From an uncultured Sediminispirochaeta sp. (GTDB taxonomy: Bacteria > Spirochaetota > Spirochaetia > DSM-16054 > Sediminispirochaetaceae), in NCBI GenBank assembly GCA_964394395.1, contig CAYMWV010000005.1, positions 4,780 through 59,335 on the forward strand: a stretch of DNA of 54,556 bases, in the 5' to 3' direction. The notes beneath the pieces are model-generated. The model ran no database searches. It was given only the letters and a program-made list of their open reading frames with translations, and was not told where the DNA came from. Positions 40,147 to 49,002 of this stretch are shown in pieces. Position 1 is the first letter of the stretch. Every line of letters begins with the position of its first letter. The position numbers and the translations under genes are program-made.

Positions 40147-41139
40147 ATGCAGGTAACAATTCCTATTGCCAGCGGGAAAGGCGGCGTTGGTAAAACCATT
40201 TTCACTTCCAATCTCGGAGTAAGCCTGGCCAATTTGGGTAAGACTGTTGTATTGGTGGATCTTGACCTGGGCAGCTCTAACCTCCACACATGCCTGGGGG
40301 TTAAAAACCGTCACGCCGGAATCGGAAGTTTTATTTACAAGAAAGCAGATTCTCTGGAATCCCTCATTGTTGACACCGGGATACCCCGTCTTTACCTAAT
40401 TCCCGGTGATTCCCTTCTTCCTGGCACCGCCAATCTCCCTTACTTTCGTAAAGTAAAGATTATGAAGGAGCTGGGCGAACTGACCGCCGATTTTGTGCTT
40501 CTCGATCTGGGAGCTGGAAGCAGCTACAATGTGGTTGATTTCTTTCTTTCCGCATCATCTGGAATTATTGTAACAAGCCCGGAGACTACGGCAATTCTCA
40601 GCTCCTATTCCTTTCTCAAGACCGCAGTTTTTCGGCTTCTTTTTCGTACCTTTCCGGTTAAAAGCAGGGAGCGGGCCTTCATCTCCAATTTTATGACTGA
40701 ACGGCTGGAAGGTTCAGGAACCGATTTTACCGATCTCCTTGCTGGTATGGGGGAACTTTCGAAGGAAGCGGCAGAAAGCTGTAGATCCCAGCTGAGCCAC
40801 TTCTATCCGAGAATCGTAATAAACAACGGAAATACCCAACAGGATCTCCTTATCGGCAGCAAATTGAGAAGTATAGGCACAAGAAATCTGGGCATAGCTA
40901 TGGAGTACATCGGCTTTTTACGAAAAGATGAGCAAATTTCCCGATCAATCCTGGAACGGCGTCCTTTTAGAAGCAGCCACCCTGAATCGCCCTTCTCCAG
41001 GTCCCTTGATGCTGTTGCAAGAAAGCTTATATCAAGACCCATACCTGAGCGTCCAAAGCTTTTTGAAGAGAATGAGGATCTTAAGGCACTGGGCCTTTCT
41101 GAGGATGACGAACAAAAGGAGAGTAAGGGAGGAGAGTAA
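40147..41139 (+). CDS. MinD/FlhG-family P-loop ATPase
   Basis: ASGKGGVGKT deviant Walker A, DLDLGSSNL, LDLGAG. Confidence 0.88.
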   Translation: MQVTIPIASGKGGVGKTIFTSNLGVSLANLGKTVVLVDLDLGSSNLHTCLGVKNRHAGIGSFIYKKADSLESLIVDTGIPRLYLIPGDSLLPGTANLPYFRKVKIMKELGELTADFVLLDLGAGSSYNVVDFFLSASSGIIVTSPETTAILSSYSFLKTAVFRLLFRTFPVKSRERAFISNFMTERLEGSGTDFTDLLAGMGELSKEAAESCRSQLSHFYPRIVINNGNTQQDLLIGSKLRSIGTRNLGIAMEYIGFLRKDEQISRSILERRPFRSSHPESPFSRSLDAVARKLISRPIPERPKLFEENEDLKALGLSEDDEQKESKGGE

Positions 41140-41168
41140 GGTAGGAGAGTAAGGTAGGAGAGTAAGGC
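41117..41168 (+). repeat. 4 x 13-bp tandem repeat AGGAGAGTAAGGN over the ATPase stop codon
   Basis: Units start at 41117, 41130, 41143 and 41156. Confidence 0.92.
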
Positions 41169-41232
41169 CAGCCTGGGGTTTCGTTTTTCAGAAAGAACGA
41201 TATTTCATCATAAGTAACGTTCAGGGGTAAGT

Positions 41233-42258
41233 TCAGGGATAACGTTTCCGGAAGGCAGCTACCCGGGAAAGGGCGTTTTCGTCCAACCCTGATCGCTCCC
41301 CCGATCTAAGGAGCTTATACCCCAACCCCGCAACCATGGCGCCATTATCGGTGCACAGTTGCATGGGGGGGATGACCACTTCTACCCCTTCAAGCAGGGA
41401 GAGCTCTTTTCTGAGCAGCGTGTTGGCCGCTACCCCGCCGCCAACAGCAAGCACCCCTATTCCCGTAGTTTTCAAGGCCCGCTTAAGCCGTTTCATCAGG
41501 GTACCGATGGCAGCTTTCTGAAAAGATGCGGCTATATCCTCTTTCTTGTAAGGTTTCTCAACCCGGGAAAACTGGTCAAGCTGGTTAATAACCGCCGTCT
41601 TCAGTCCCGAGTAGGAAACATCATACCGGTGGTCCCCCTTATGCAGGGAAGCGTCCGGAAAGGTAAAGGCGTTCTCATCACCGGATTGGGAGAGCCGGTC
41701 TATCGCTACCCCGCCGGGATAACCAAGGTGGTAAAATTTGGCCACCTTATCGAAGGCTTCTCCACAGGCATCATCGATGGTGGTCCCCATTACCTCAATC
41801 TCGTTCCATCCCCCCATCCTGCAGATTACTGTATGACCTCCTGAGATCAGCAGTCCCAAAGCAGGATAGGTGATGCTGTCAGCTCCCTTTCTGTTGAGGT
41901 TAGGAGCGTAGAGGTGGGCCCGGATATGGTCAACCGCCACATAGGGAATTGCCAATCCCCAGGCAAGGGCCTTCGCAAAAGAGAGGCCCGGGATAAGAGA
42001 CCCAACCAGACCAGGCCGGTTAGTAACGGCCACCGCATCGATATCCTCTTTGGTGATCCCGGCCTCCTCAATAGCCTGGCGGAAGACAGAGCTGATCCAC
42101 TCTGTATGGAGCCTTGAAGCTATCTCCGGAACCACTCCATCGTAGATACGATGGTTATCTATCTGGCTTGCTACAACATTTGAGATGATTCGCCACCCAT
42201 CCTCTACCAGAGAGATGGAACATTCATCACAGGATGTTTCTATTCCAAGAACAAGCAC
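41233..42258 (-). CDS. tsaD: tRNA t6A threonylcarbamoyltransferase TsaD
   Basis: LGIETSCDE, GVVPEIASRLH, SGGHT, DDACGEAFDK, CTDNGAM. Confidence 0.97.
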   Translation of the reverse strand: MLVLGIETSCDECSISLVEDGWRIISNVVASQIDNHRIYDGVVPEIASRLHTEWISSVFRQAIEEAGITKEDIDAVAVTNRPGLVGSLIPGLSFAKALAWGLAIPYVAVDHIRAHLYAPNLNRKGADSITYPALGLLISGGHTVICRMGGWNEIEVMGTTIDDACGEAFDKVAKFYHLGYPGGVAIDRLSQSGDENAFTFPDASLHKGDHRYDVSYSGLKTAVINQLDQFSRVEKPYKKEDIAASFQKAAIGTLMKRLKRALKTTGIGVLAVGGGVAANTLLRKELSLLEGVEVVIPPMQLCTDNGAMVAGLGYKLLRSGERSGLDENALSRVAAFRKRYP

Positions 42259-42260
42259 CC

Positions 42261-43229
42261 CTATTTTTCTCCATAAATGAGATCGGATACGGAGAGAAAC
42301 TCAAACCCCTCCTCCAGGGCCAGTGGATATATTTCGAGAAGAACCTCCGCCAGCTCATGGCTCCACACATGCCCGATCATCACCGCATGTCCACTCTTTT
42401 CCGCTTTTGCCATTCCTTCCAGAACAGCATCCATAATCGCTTCTCGTTCCTGGGTATTGTCCAGAAAAACACTCCTTTCCCCGAAAGGTAATCCTATTGT
42501 ATTGGCAGTTTCACCCACCACCGATTTCACACTTGTCCGGCTGTCAAGAAAGAAGAGCTTACGCTTCTTCATCTCCGATAGCACGATGTTCATGACCCTG
42601 GGGTCAGATGTTGCCTTGGAACCCATGTGGTTGTTTGCTCCACCAACCCCTTTTAGTGAATCCAGATTCTTTCCCAAGGTACGTTTTATTGTTTCATCAT
42701 CCATATCGGTAAAGATAGCCCCGGGCCCAGGATTATCATTTCCCTCTGGTTCCATGGGCAGATGGAGGATAGCCTCTTTCCCCGCCTTCTGAATCATCTT
42801 CAAAGCAGCCTCTGTATAAGCTAGAGATGGAAGAATGGCAAAGGTAATAGGCCCCGGAAACTGGAGCAGGGGCTTTAACTCATCAAGATTGTAACCCACA
42901 TCATCTATAACGATGACAAGTTTGTGGGTTTCCCCAGGCTCCCTCTCTTCGTCTACTTTTCTATTATCTTTGGGACCATCTTCTTTGGCTCCCGACCCCC
43001 TGCTTCCCGGCACTCTTTCTCCCGGCACTCTTTCTCCCGGCCCGGAATCTTTCTGCTCCCCAAGATTGCCATCCCCATTAACAGGGGCCTCCGGCTTTAG
43101 ATCCGGAGTCGAATCCGGAGTAGAACCTTTCCCATCCCCAGGTTCAGGAATCAGAAAAAGAGCAATAACCAGTAACATGGTTATTGCTCCCATTAGTAAA
43201 TAGATTCGTATAAGCTTCGATTGGGCCAC
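42261..43229 (-). CDS. Divergent polysaccharide deacetylase family protein
   Basis: IVIDDVG, HLPMEP, NNHMGS, FFLDSRT, VFLDN, IGH; N-terminal TM. Confidence 0.92.
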   Translation of the reverse strand: MAQSKLIRIYLLMGAITMLLVIALFLIPEPGDGKGSTPDSTPDLKPEAPVNGDGNLGEQKDSGPGERVPGERVPGSRGSGAKEDGPKDNRKVDEEREPGETHKLVIVIDDVGYNLDELKPLLQFPGPITFAILPSLAYTEAALKMIQKAGKEAILHLPMEPEGNDNPGPGAIFTDMDDETIKRTLGKNLDSLKGVGGANNHMGSKATSDPRVMNIVLSEMKKRKLFFLDSRTSVKSVVGETANTIGLPFGERSVFLDNTQEREAIMDAVLEGMAKAEKSGHAVMIGHVWSHELAEVLLEIYPLALEEGFEFLSVSDLIYGEK

Positions 43230-43235
43230 AAACCT

Positions 43236-43264
43236 ACACTATGGTTTATAGCCAGCTTGGTCAA
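43236..43264 (-). promoter_or_regulatory. Sigma-70 promoter, leaderless DPD-tsaD transcript
   Basis: TTGACC, 17 bp, TAGTGT, 6 nt, GTG 43229. Confidence 0.55.
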
Positions 43265-44106
43265 GCACGATGCACGTATTCGGCCATCTCGGAAGAGTGG
43301 TCCCTCAATTTTCGAATCGCCCGCATTTCGATCTGCCTAACCGTTTCGGGACTGATTCCCATCTCTTCCCCTATCCGTTTCAGGGTAAGCTTCTTCCCTC
43401 CATAGAATGAGAAACGGTAAAGGAGAATTTGCCGTTCCCGCTCTTTCAGATGGTCCAGAAACTTGAGTGTATCTTCCTTCAAGGAGTGGTTCATAAAGGT
43501 TCTCTCCGGATCATAAGTGGTGTCTTCATAGAAATCGATCAATGTAGATGAATCATCTCCAATTTCTGAATCGAGGGAGACCACCGGATTGCCCAGCTGA
43601 AGAATCTGATCTACCGATTCTTCTGTAACGCCAACTTCCCGGGCAATATCCTCAATGGAAGGCTCCTGTTCCATCTCTTGACTGAGCTGGTAGTAAGCAC
43701 TCTGCACCTTTTTAAGGAGACTGTTTTTCCGGTGAGGAAGGCGAATGGCATTATGCTTTTTTGCCACTGCCCGTACGATACTCTGTCGAATCCACCATGC
43801 CGCATAGGTGGAGAATCGAACCTGTTTCCGGTGATCAAACTTCTCTGCAGCCCGCATGAGTCCCATGTTCCCTTCCTGGATAAGATCCAACAGGCCGAAT
43901 CCCGAGCTGATATAGGTTTTGGCTATTTTAACTACCAGCCGTAAGTTGGCTACAATCAAGCGGTGCCTGGCAGCCTCATCCCCTTTCTCAATCTTCCGGG
44001 ATAGTTCCAGCTCCTCTTCGAAAGAGAGCAATTGATGCTCTTTAATCTCTTCGAAGTAGCTCTTTAAGGCATCGTCTTCTCTTTTATGCTTTTCAATACT
44101 GGTCAT
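43261..44106 (-). CDS. Group-2 sigma-70 factor (RpoS-like; lacks region 1.1)
   Basis: ANLRLVVKIAK, DLIQEGNMGL, RFSTYAAWWIRQ, region-4 HTH SPETVRQIE. AGGAG 6 nt before ATG 44106. Confidence 0.93.
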   Translation of the reverse strand: MTSIEKHKREDDALKSYFEEIKEHQLLSFEEELELSRKIEKGDEAARHRLIVANLRLVVKIAKTYISSGFGLLDLIQEGNMGLMRAAEKFDHRKQVRFSTYAAWWIRQSIVRAVAKKHNAIRLPHRKNSLLKKVQSAYYQLSQEMEQEPSIEDIAREVGVTEESVDQILQLGNPVVSLDSEIGDDSSTLIDFYEDTTYDPERTFMNHSLKEDTLKFLDHLKERERQILLYRFSFYGGKKLTLKRIGEEMGISPETVRQIEMRAIRKLRDHSSEMAEYVHRA

Positions 44107-44127
44107 AGTCATCTCCTACGTATAGCT

Positions 44128-44144
44128 TGCAGGAACCATGCCAA
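44128..44144 (-). promoter_or_regulatory. Sigma-54 (-24/-12) promoter of the sigma gene
   Basis: TTGGCATGGTTCCTGCA has GG-N10-GC, preceded by an AT-rich tract. Confidence 0.75.
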
Positions 44145-44245
44145 ATAAAGCGTTGTTATTATTAATTTATAATTCATTGCATAGTAAGTAGATAGCTACT
44201 TGTTACTAATTTACCAACAACGGCATGCCGTTTCTGTACTTTTTT

Positions 44246-44614
44246 TTATACACCTGGATGATTCTGCATCTGTCGGTACATCATCTCGGCGATACCCAGC
44301 TTAACCGTGTCGGCAGCCTGCTCGGAATAGGAATCAAAAAGCATATCCCGGAAATATTCTTCCGCCATGCCGCCGCCACCAAGCAATCCTTGTCTATCTA
44401 CGGTTTTATCCATGGCGGAAAACATCTGCTTAATAAAAATTGCTTCAAAATCTCTGCACGCCTTTTTAAGCTTATCATTTTCGGGATTTTGTGGGGTCAG
44501 CTTATCATTTTCTCGGAGTTGATTACTCCTGGCCAAGTGCCTGCTTCTATCTACACTGCTCTGCCGCTTGGCATCAATAGCACTCTGCATGGAAAGGGAA
44601 GTGTCCAAGGTCAT
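44246..44614 (-). CDS. flgJ: FlgJ rod-binding domain protein (no muramidase domain)
   Basis: LKKACRDFEAIFIKQMFSAM...LGIAEMMYRQM; AGGAG RBS. Confidence 0.88.
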   Translation of the reverse strand: MTLDTSLSMQSAIDAKRQSSVDRSRHLARSNQLRENDKLTPQNPENDKLKKACRDFEAIFIKQMFSAMDKTVDRQGLLGGGGMAEEYFRDMLFDSYSEQAADTVKLGIAEMMYRQMQNHPGV

Positions 44615-44643
44615 ACAAACTCCTGTCAGGTCCGATATCGATC

Positions 44644-45693
44644 CTACATCAACTCAAGAGAGCCAAAGAGCGCCCCTGCCCGATCGATCACCTTCATTAT
44701 ACTGATTATATCATCGGCCCGAACTCCGGCATCCTGTAGAACCTGAAAGAAAGAAGCTACCGTAATGGATTGATCCAGGGAAAAGCCGGATAGACCATCC
44801 CCCTGCCATCCTGCAGGTCCCACCTCAATGGTGGCACCCCGCCAGGTAACTGTTACCGGGGCAATGCGCACATCCCCACCCATAACGACTATTCCGCTCT
44901 TCTCATCAATCACCACCAGAGCGGGAGCTGGTACCGAAACCTTCAGATCAAGAATAGTGGAAACCGTTGATACAATATCCGCTTCGCCGTAGTTTACCGT
45001 GACGGTGGCCCCATCTACAGCCTTGACCTCCAAAGAGGGGTTTGCTTCTTCAATAGCTGTGCTTATTGCGGCAGCTGACCGATAATCTGGTCGATCCAGA
45101 ACCAGGGAAAAACTTTGCTGCCCCTCCGGGGAAGTTTTAACCTCCCGCTCCACCAGGGCACCTCCAGGAATGGCACCCACCGTGGAAGATTCACCCCGTT
45201 TACCGCTGAGTTCTACCTTTCCCTGGGCTGCAGCAAAACTTATTCCTCCTGCGCTCTTCAGGGGGGTCTGCAGGAGAACACCACCTTGAACATTTTTGGC
45301 TTCAAAGAGGGAGGAGACCGATACATCAATCCTCTCTCCGGGGGATGCAAAGGGGGGAAGATCTGCGGTGACAACAACCAAAGCACTGTTTTTGCTTCCC
45401 GTATGCTCTGGGTCAATATCGATCCCAAAGTGATTAAGCAGGGTTGAGAGGGACTGCTTGATCGGAAGCGATCTGCTTCCATCACCTTTCCCATCAAGGC
45501 CGGTAAGTATTCCTATTCCAAGCAGCTGGTTCCCCCGAACACCCTTCAATTCGCAGATTGCCCCGATTGAGGTTTCATGAAACGACTGGGCGCTCATCAC
45601 CAAGGGGAACAGGGTTCCCAAAACAATGGCTCCTAACAAGGTGATGGATAGGAAATCGATACCGCTTCTTTTCACAGGTAATGCTTTTCTCAT
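44644..45693 (-). CDS. flgI: Flagellar P-ring protein
   Basis: GVRGNQLLGIGILTGLDGKGD, VTADLPPF, GGVLLQTPL, VIDEKSGIVVMG. Confidence 0.92.
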   Translation of the reverse strand: MRKALPVKRSGIDFLSITLLGAIVLGTLFPLVMSAQSFHETSIGAICELKGVRGNQLLGIGILTGLDGKGDGSRSLPIKQSLSTLLNHFGIDIDPEHTGSKNSALVVVTADLPPFASPGERIDVSVSSLFEAKNVQGGVLLQTPLKSAGGISFAAAQGKVELSGKRGESSTVGAIPGGALVEREVKTSPEGQQSFSLVLDRPDYRSAAAISTAIEEANPSLEVKAVDGATVTVNYGEADIVSTVSTILDLKVSVPAPALVVIDEKSGIVVMGGDVRIAPVTVTWRGATIEVGPAGWQGDGLSGFSLDQSITVASFFQVLQDAGVRADDIISIMKVIDRAGALFGSLELM

Positions 45694-45699
45694 TAGCTT

Positions 45700-46566
45700 T
45701 TACTCCAGATCTGCAATATTCCACCGGCCATCTTCAAAGATAACCCGGTCAAATGTTCTTCTTCCCCGGGTATCAGAAAAGATGGTTGAGAGGGAACGGA
45801 CAGTGAGAGATCCATCCCCTTTTACCGCCTCTATCCGGCCATTGAAAGTGATGCGGATCTTTTCACCTGAAATGGTGATGGGAATCTGCTTTCCCACCTG
45901 TACTGCTTCCCGATCTTCCGTAGATCCTTTCGTAAGGCCGAAGTGTGCAAAATCAACCCTGTCAAGGCTGATCTTTTTAAGGCTGCTCATGGCGATTCTT
46001 GTACTCTCCGGGCTTCTACTCTCCAGGGAGGAAAATTTTATCGGAAAGGGTAAGGATAGACCGCTTTCCAGGCTTTTACGTACCAGTCGGGATGAAAGCG
46101 GCTCTACCTTTTCCCAATCACTCTTACCATGATCTGGAAAAGCACCGCTTATTGAAAGCAGTGCTATTTCCCCTGAATCTTCCTGAAAAGAGGGAGGGGC
46201 TGGAAGTTGAGCAAGAAGAGCTGTGGCGATATATTCCCATTTTTGATGCGTAAGGGCGACCCAGGGGGGGATAAACAGCTCCCTCTCTGACTCATCAGAG
46301 AGGACCTCCATGGCAATATCAGATCCGGGGATAAAAATGATCCCCTCGACGGTAAGGCTCTCTTCCAACTCCTTATAAAGAGCAGAAAGAAAACGCTTCA
46401 TTTTTTGATTGATTCCTGAATCTGCGCTTTTCCCGGAAGGTTCTATTTCTTCCAGGGTGTATATACTCTGAATCCGTACTGGCGAAGAAGCATAGAGGGG
46501 CAAGACCATTAAAATCAGGAGCAGAAAAAGGGAAAGGTAGAAGTTAGAAGATCTGCAGCATCCCAT
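45700..46566 (-). CDS. Exported hypothetical protein; C-terminus resembles FlgA
   Basis: Signal peptide; sits between flgG and flgI; VQVGKQIPITISGEKIRITFNGRIEAVKGDGSLTVRSLS. Confidence 0.6.
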   Translation of the reverse strand: MGCCRSSNFYLSLFLLLILMVLPLYASSPVRIQSIYTLEEIEPSGKSADSGINQKMKRFLSALYKELEESLTVEGIIFIPGSDIAMEVLSDESERELFIPPWVALTHQKWEYIATALLAQLPAPPSFQEDSGEIALLSISGAFPDHGKSDWEKVEPLSSRLVRKSLESGLSLPFPIKFSSLESRSPESTRIAMSSLKKISLDRVDFAHFGLTKGSTEDREAVQVGKQIPITISGEKIRITFNGRIEAVKGDGSLTVRSLSTIFSDTRGRRTFDRVIFEDGRWNIADLE

Positions 46567-46571
46567 CCTTT

Positions 46572-47366
46572 TTACCGTTTCAGGCTATTGGCAATCCCCA
46601 ACATGGAGTCGGAGGTCTGGATAGCCTTGGAGTTGAGTTCGTAGGCCCGCTGAGCCACAATCATGCTCACCATCTCCTGCACTACCGACACATTGCTCAT
46701 TTCCAGGAACTTCTGCACTGTCTGACCCATGCCGTCGAAGCCGGGCCGTCCCGGGATCGCATCTCCGCTGGCATTGGTCACCTTGAAGTTGTTCTGACCG
46801 ATGGCGTTGAGCCCTGCGGGATTTACAAAGCGGTAGAGTTCCATCTGCCCCACCTGCACCGGATCATCGTTCCCGGGAACTTTTACTGTTATTCGTCCAT
46901 CCTGACTAATGGTGAGAGATTCCCGGACAAAATTTTCCGGCAGAACAACCTCGGGCATAAGCCGATGGCCGTTGGAGTTTACCATCTGACCATTGGAGTC
47001 GATCTTGAAACTGCCATCCCGACTGTAGCCGTAGCTTCCATCAATCAGAAGTACCCGGAAGAAGCCCTCCCCCTGGATAGCCAGATCGGAGACGTTGCCT
47101 GTATTTTGCAACCCTCCCTGGGTGAACATTTTCTGGGTAGCTGCAACCCGGACACCATGTCCCACCTGCACCCCGGTGGGAACTGTAGTAAGCTCTGTGG
47201 CCGGTGTTCCGGCGACCCGGGAGGTTTGATAGAGGAGGTCTTCAAAATCGGCCCGGTTTTTCTTGAAACCGGTGGTGTTCACATTGGAAAGGTTGTTTGA
47301 AATGGTATCGATGTTGAACTGTTGTCCGGTCATGCCGGATGCTGCTGTCCAAAGTGATCGCATCAT
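46572..47366 (-). CDS. flgG: Flagellar distal rod protein
   Basis: RSLWTAASGM, ISNNLSNVNTTGFK, LEMSNV, QRAYELNSKAIQTSD. Confidence 0.97.
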   Translation of the reverse strand: MMRSLWTAASGMTGQQFNIDTISNNLSNVNTTGFKKNRADFEDLLYQTSRVAGTPATELTTVPTGVQVGHGVRVAATQKMFTQGGLQNTGNVSDLAIQGEGFFRVLLIDGSYGYSRDGSFKIDSNGQMVNSNGHRLMPEVVLPENFVRESLTISQDGRITVKVPGNDDPVQVGQMELYRFVNPAGLNAIGQNNFKVTNASGDAIPGRPGFDGMGQTVQKFLEMSNVSVVQEMVSMIVAQRAYELNSKAIQTSDSMLGIANSLKR

Positions 47367-47378
47367 AATCTATTCTCC

Positions 47379-48227
47379 TTATACCCTAAGCCCTTCGTTT
47401 ATCAAGCGGCCTGTTATTGTATCGTGGGTCTGTACCGCTTTCTGATTAGCCTCATAAATGCGGTTCACCTCAATCATCCTCACCATCTCGGTAACAGAGT
47501 TGACATTACTTCCCTCAAGGAAACCCTGGACAATCTTTGTTTCCGATCCTAAATCCATGGGGATTGCCCTGCCCGCCTCTTCACTCTGCCGGTAGAGACT
47601 GTCTCCCTGCTTCTCCATATACCGGGGCCGTCGGAAGTCAACTACTTTCAGGGTATCTACCAACTCCATATTCTCCCATTCATTCTCATCCAGGGAGACC
47701 AGACGTTCCGGATCGCCGTCAAAGGTTCCGTTCTGCCATACCCGGCCCGCCTCATCTACTACAAAGTTATTCTTTTTTATCTTGATAATGCCATTTTCAC
47801 CCATTACCGGAAACCCCTCTTTGTTGGTTAGAAGCCCCTCCTTGGTAAGATGGAAGCTCCCGTTCCGGGTAAAGCGCTCCCCATCGGGAGTCTGGATAGA
47901 GAAAAAACCCTTTCCATCCAGGGCGAGATCGAAGTCATTCCCTGTTTGCTTCAGGGCTCCCTGGCTGAAAACGGTATAGGATTCATTATATTCGACCCCG
48001 GTTCCAACGGTTCCTACCACCGGGGCCGTTTCGGCGCTGCCGAAGGGAAAGGTGTAGACCCCATCATCGTTCATCCGCCGGAGGAGCATCTGGGGAAAGG
48101 CTTTACTGATGGACTGATCCCGCTTATACCCTGTCAGATCAACGTTTGCCAGATTGTTTGCTATTGCATCCATCCGGTGCATCTGGGCTGTCATGCCGCT
48201 TGCTCCGGTATATACACCTCTTACCAC
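47379..48227 (-). CDS. flgF: Flagellar rod protein FlgF/FlhO
   Basis: IANNLANVDLTGYK, TRNGSF, LEGSNVN. GTG 48227 behind GGGGAGG. Confidence 0.9.
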   Translation of the reverse strand: MVRGVYTGASGMTAQMHRMDAIANNLANVDLTGYKRDQSISKAFPQMLLRRMNDDGVYTFPFGSAETAPVVGTVGTGVEYNESYTVFSQGALKQTGNDFDLALDGKGFFSIQTPDGERFTRNGSFHLTKEGLLTNKEGFPVMGENGIIKIKKNNFVVDEAGRVWQNGTFDGDPERLVSLDENEWENMELVDTLKVVDFRRPRYMEKQGDSLYRQSEEAGRAIPMDLGSETKIVQGFLEGSNVNSVTEMVRMIEVNRIYEANQKAVQTHDTITGRLINEGLRV

Positions 48228-48256
48228 AAAATCCTCCCCTTCATGTGCTTTTTTTA

Positions 48257-48283
48257 ATATCGGCATTCTTCTCCGGGACTTGA
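48257..48283 (-). promoter_or_regulatory. Sigma-28 (FliA) promoter of the flgF operon
   Basis: TCAA-N15-GCCGATAT (consensus TAAA-N15-GCCGATAA). Confidence 0.75.
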
Positions 48284-48330
48284 CGATTGCCTTTATGGGG
48301 AGTGATTATAGTAAGGGAGGAATCTTAGTC

Positions 48331-49002
48331 TTGCGGGTATTAATCATTGAAGATGACAGATCCATAGCAGCCTTTATCAAGAAGGGGCTGAAAGAGGCAG
48401 GGTACAGCCCGGAGCATTGTAGCGACGGCAAGGAGGGATACAATCTCCTCAGTTCAGGCGCTTTTGATGCTGCGGTGGTGGATATTATGCTCCCCTCAAT
48501 GGACGGCCTCAGCATCATTGAATCGGCCAGAAAGGAGGGGGTGAAAACTCCCATCATCATTCTCAGCGCCAAACGGGAGGTGGATGACCGTGTATTGGGC
48601 TTCAAGAAGGGGGGAGATGACTATCTTACCAAACCCTTCTCTTTTTCGGAGCTTCTGGTTCGGCTTCAGGCACTGTTGCGCAGGAGCGGAGGTGAGAACC
48701 GGGAGACCCGGCTTTCCTGTGCCGACCTTACCATGGACCTTTTGGCCCACCAGGTTGAGCGGGGGGGAAAGAGGATCGAACTACAGCCCAAGGAGTATTC
48801 CCTCTTGGAATATCTTCTGCGAAACAAGGGACAGGTGCTTTCAAAGACCCTCATTATGGAGGCGGTCTGGGACTACCATTTTGATCCTCAGACCAATATT
48901 GTGGATGTGGTGGTAAGCAGGCTTAGAAACAAGATCGACAAGAATTTTGAACCCAAATTACTCCATACGGTTCGGGGGGTGGGTTATGTCATTCGGGAAT
49001 AA
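48331..49002 (+). CDS. OmpR-family (CusR/HprR-like) response regulator
   Basis: TTG start behind GGAGG; VVDIMLP, DDYLTKPF, VWDYHFDPQTNIVDV, LHTVRGVGY. Confidence 0.93.
   Translation: MRVLIIEDDRSIAAFIKKGLKEAGYSPEHCSDGKEGYNLLSSGAFDAAVVDIMLPSMDGLSIIESARKEGVKTPIIILSAKREVDDRVLGFKKGGDDYLTKPFSFSELLVRLQALLRRSGGENRETRLSCADLTMDLLAHQVERGGKRIELQPKEYSLLEYLLRNKGQVLSKTLIMEAVWDYHFDPQTNIVDVVVSRLRNKIDKNFEPKLLHTVRGVGYVIRE

Noticed and set aside
41117-41168. CRISPR array
   Set aside because: 13-bp head-to-tail units with no spacers; no cas genes anywhere in the window.
44630-44665. Internal sigma-28 promoter before flgJ (ATCGATAT)
   Set aside because: Poor -10 and no TAAA/TCAA at 15 bp.
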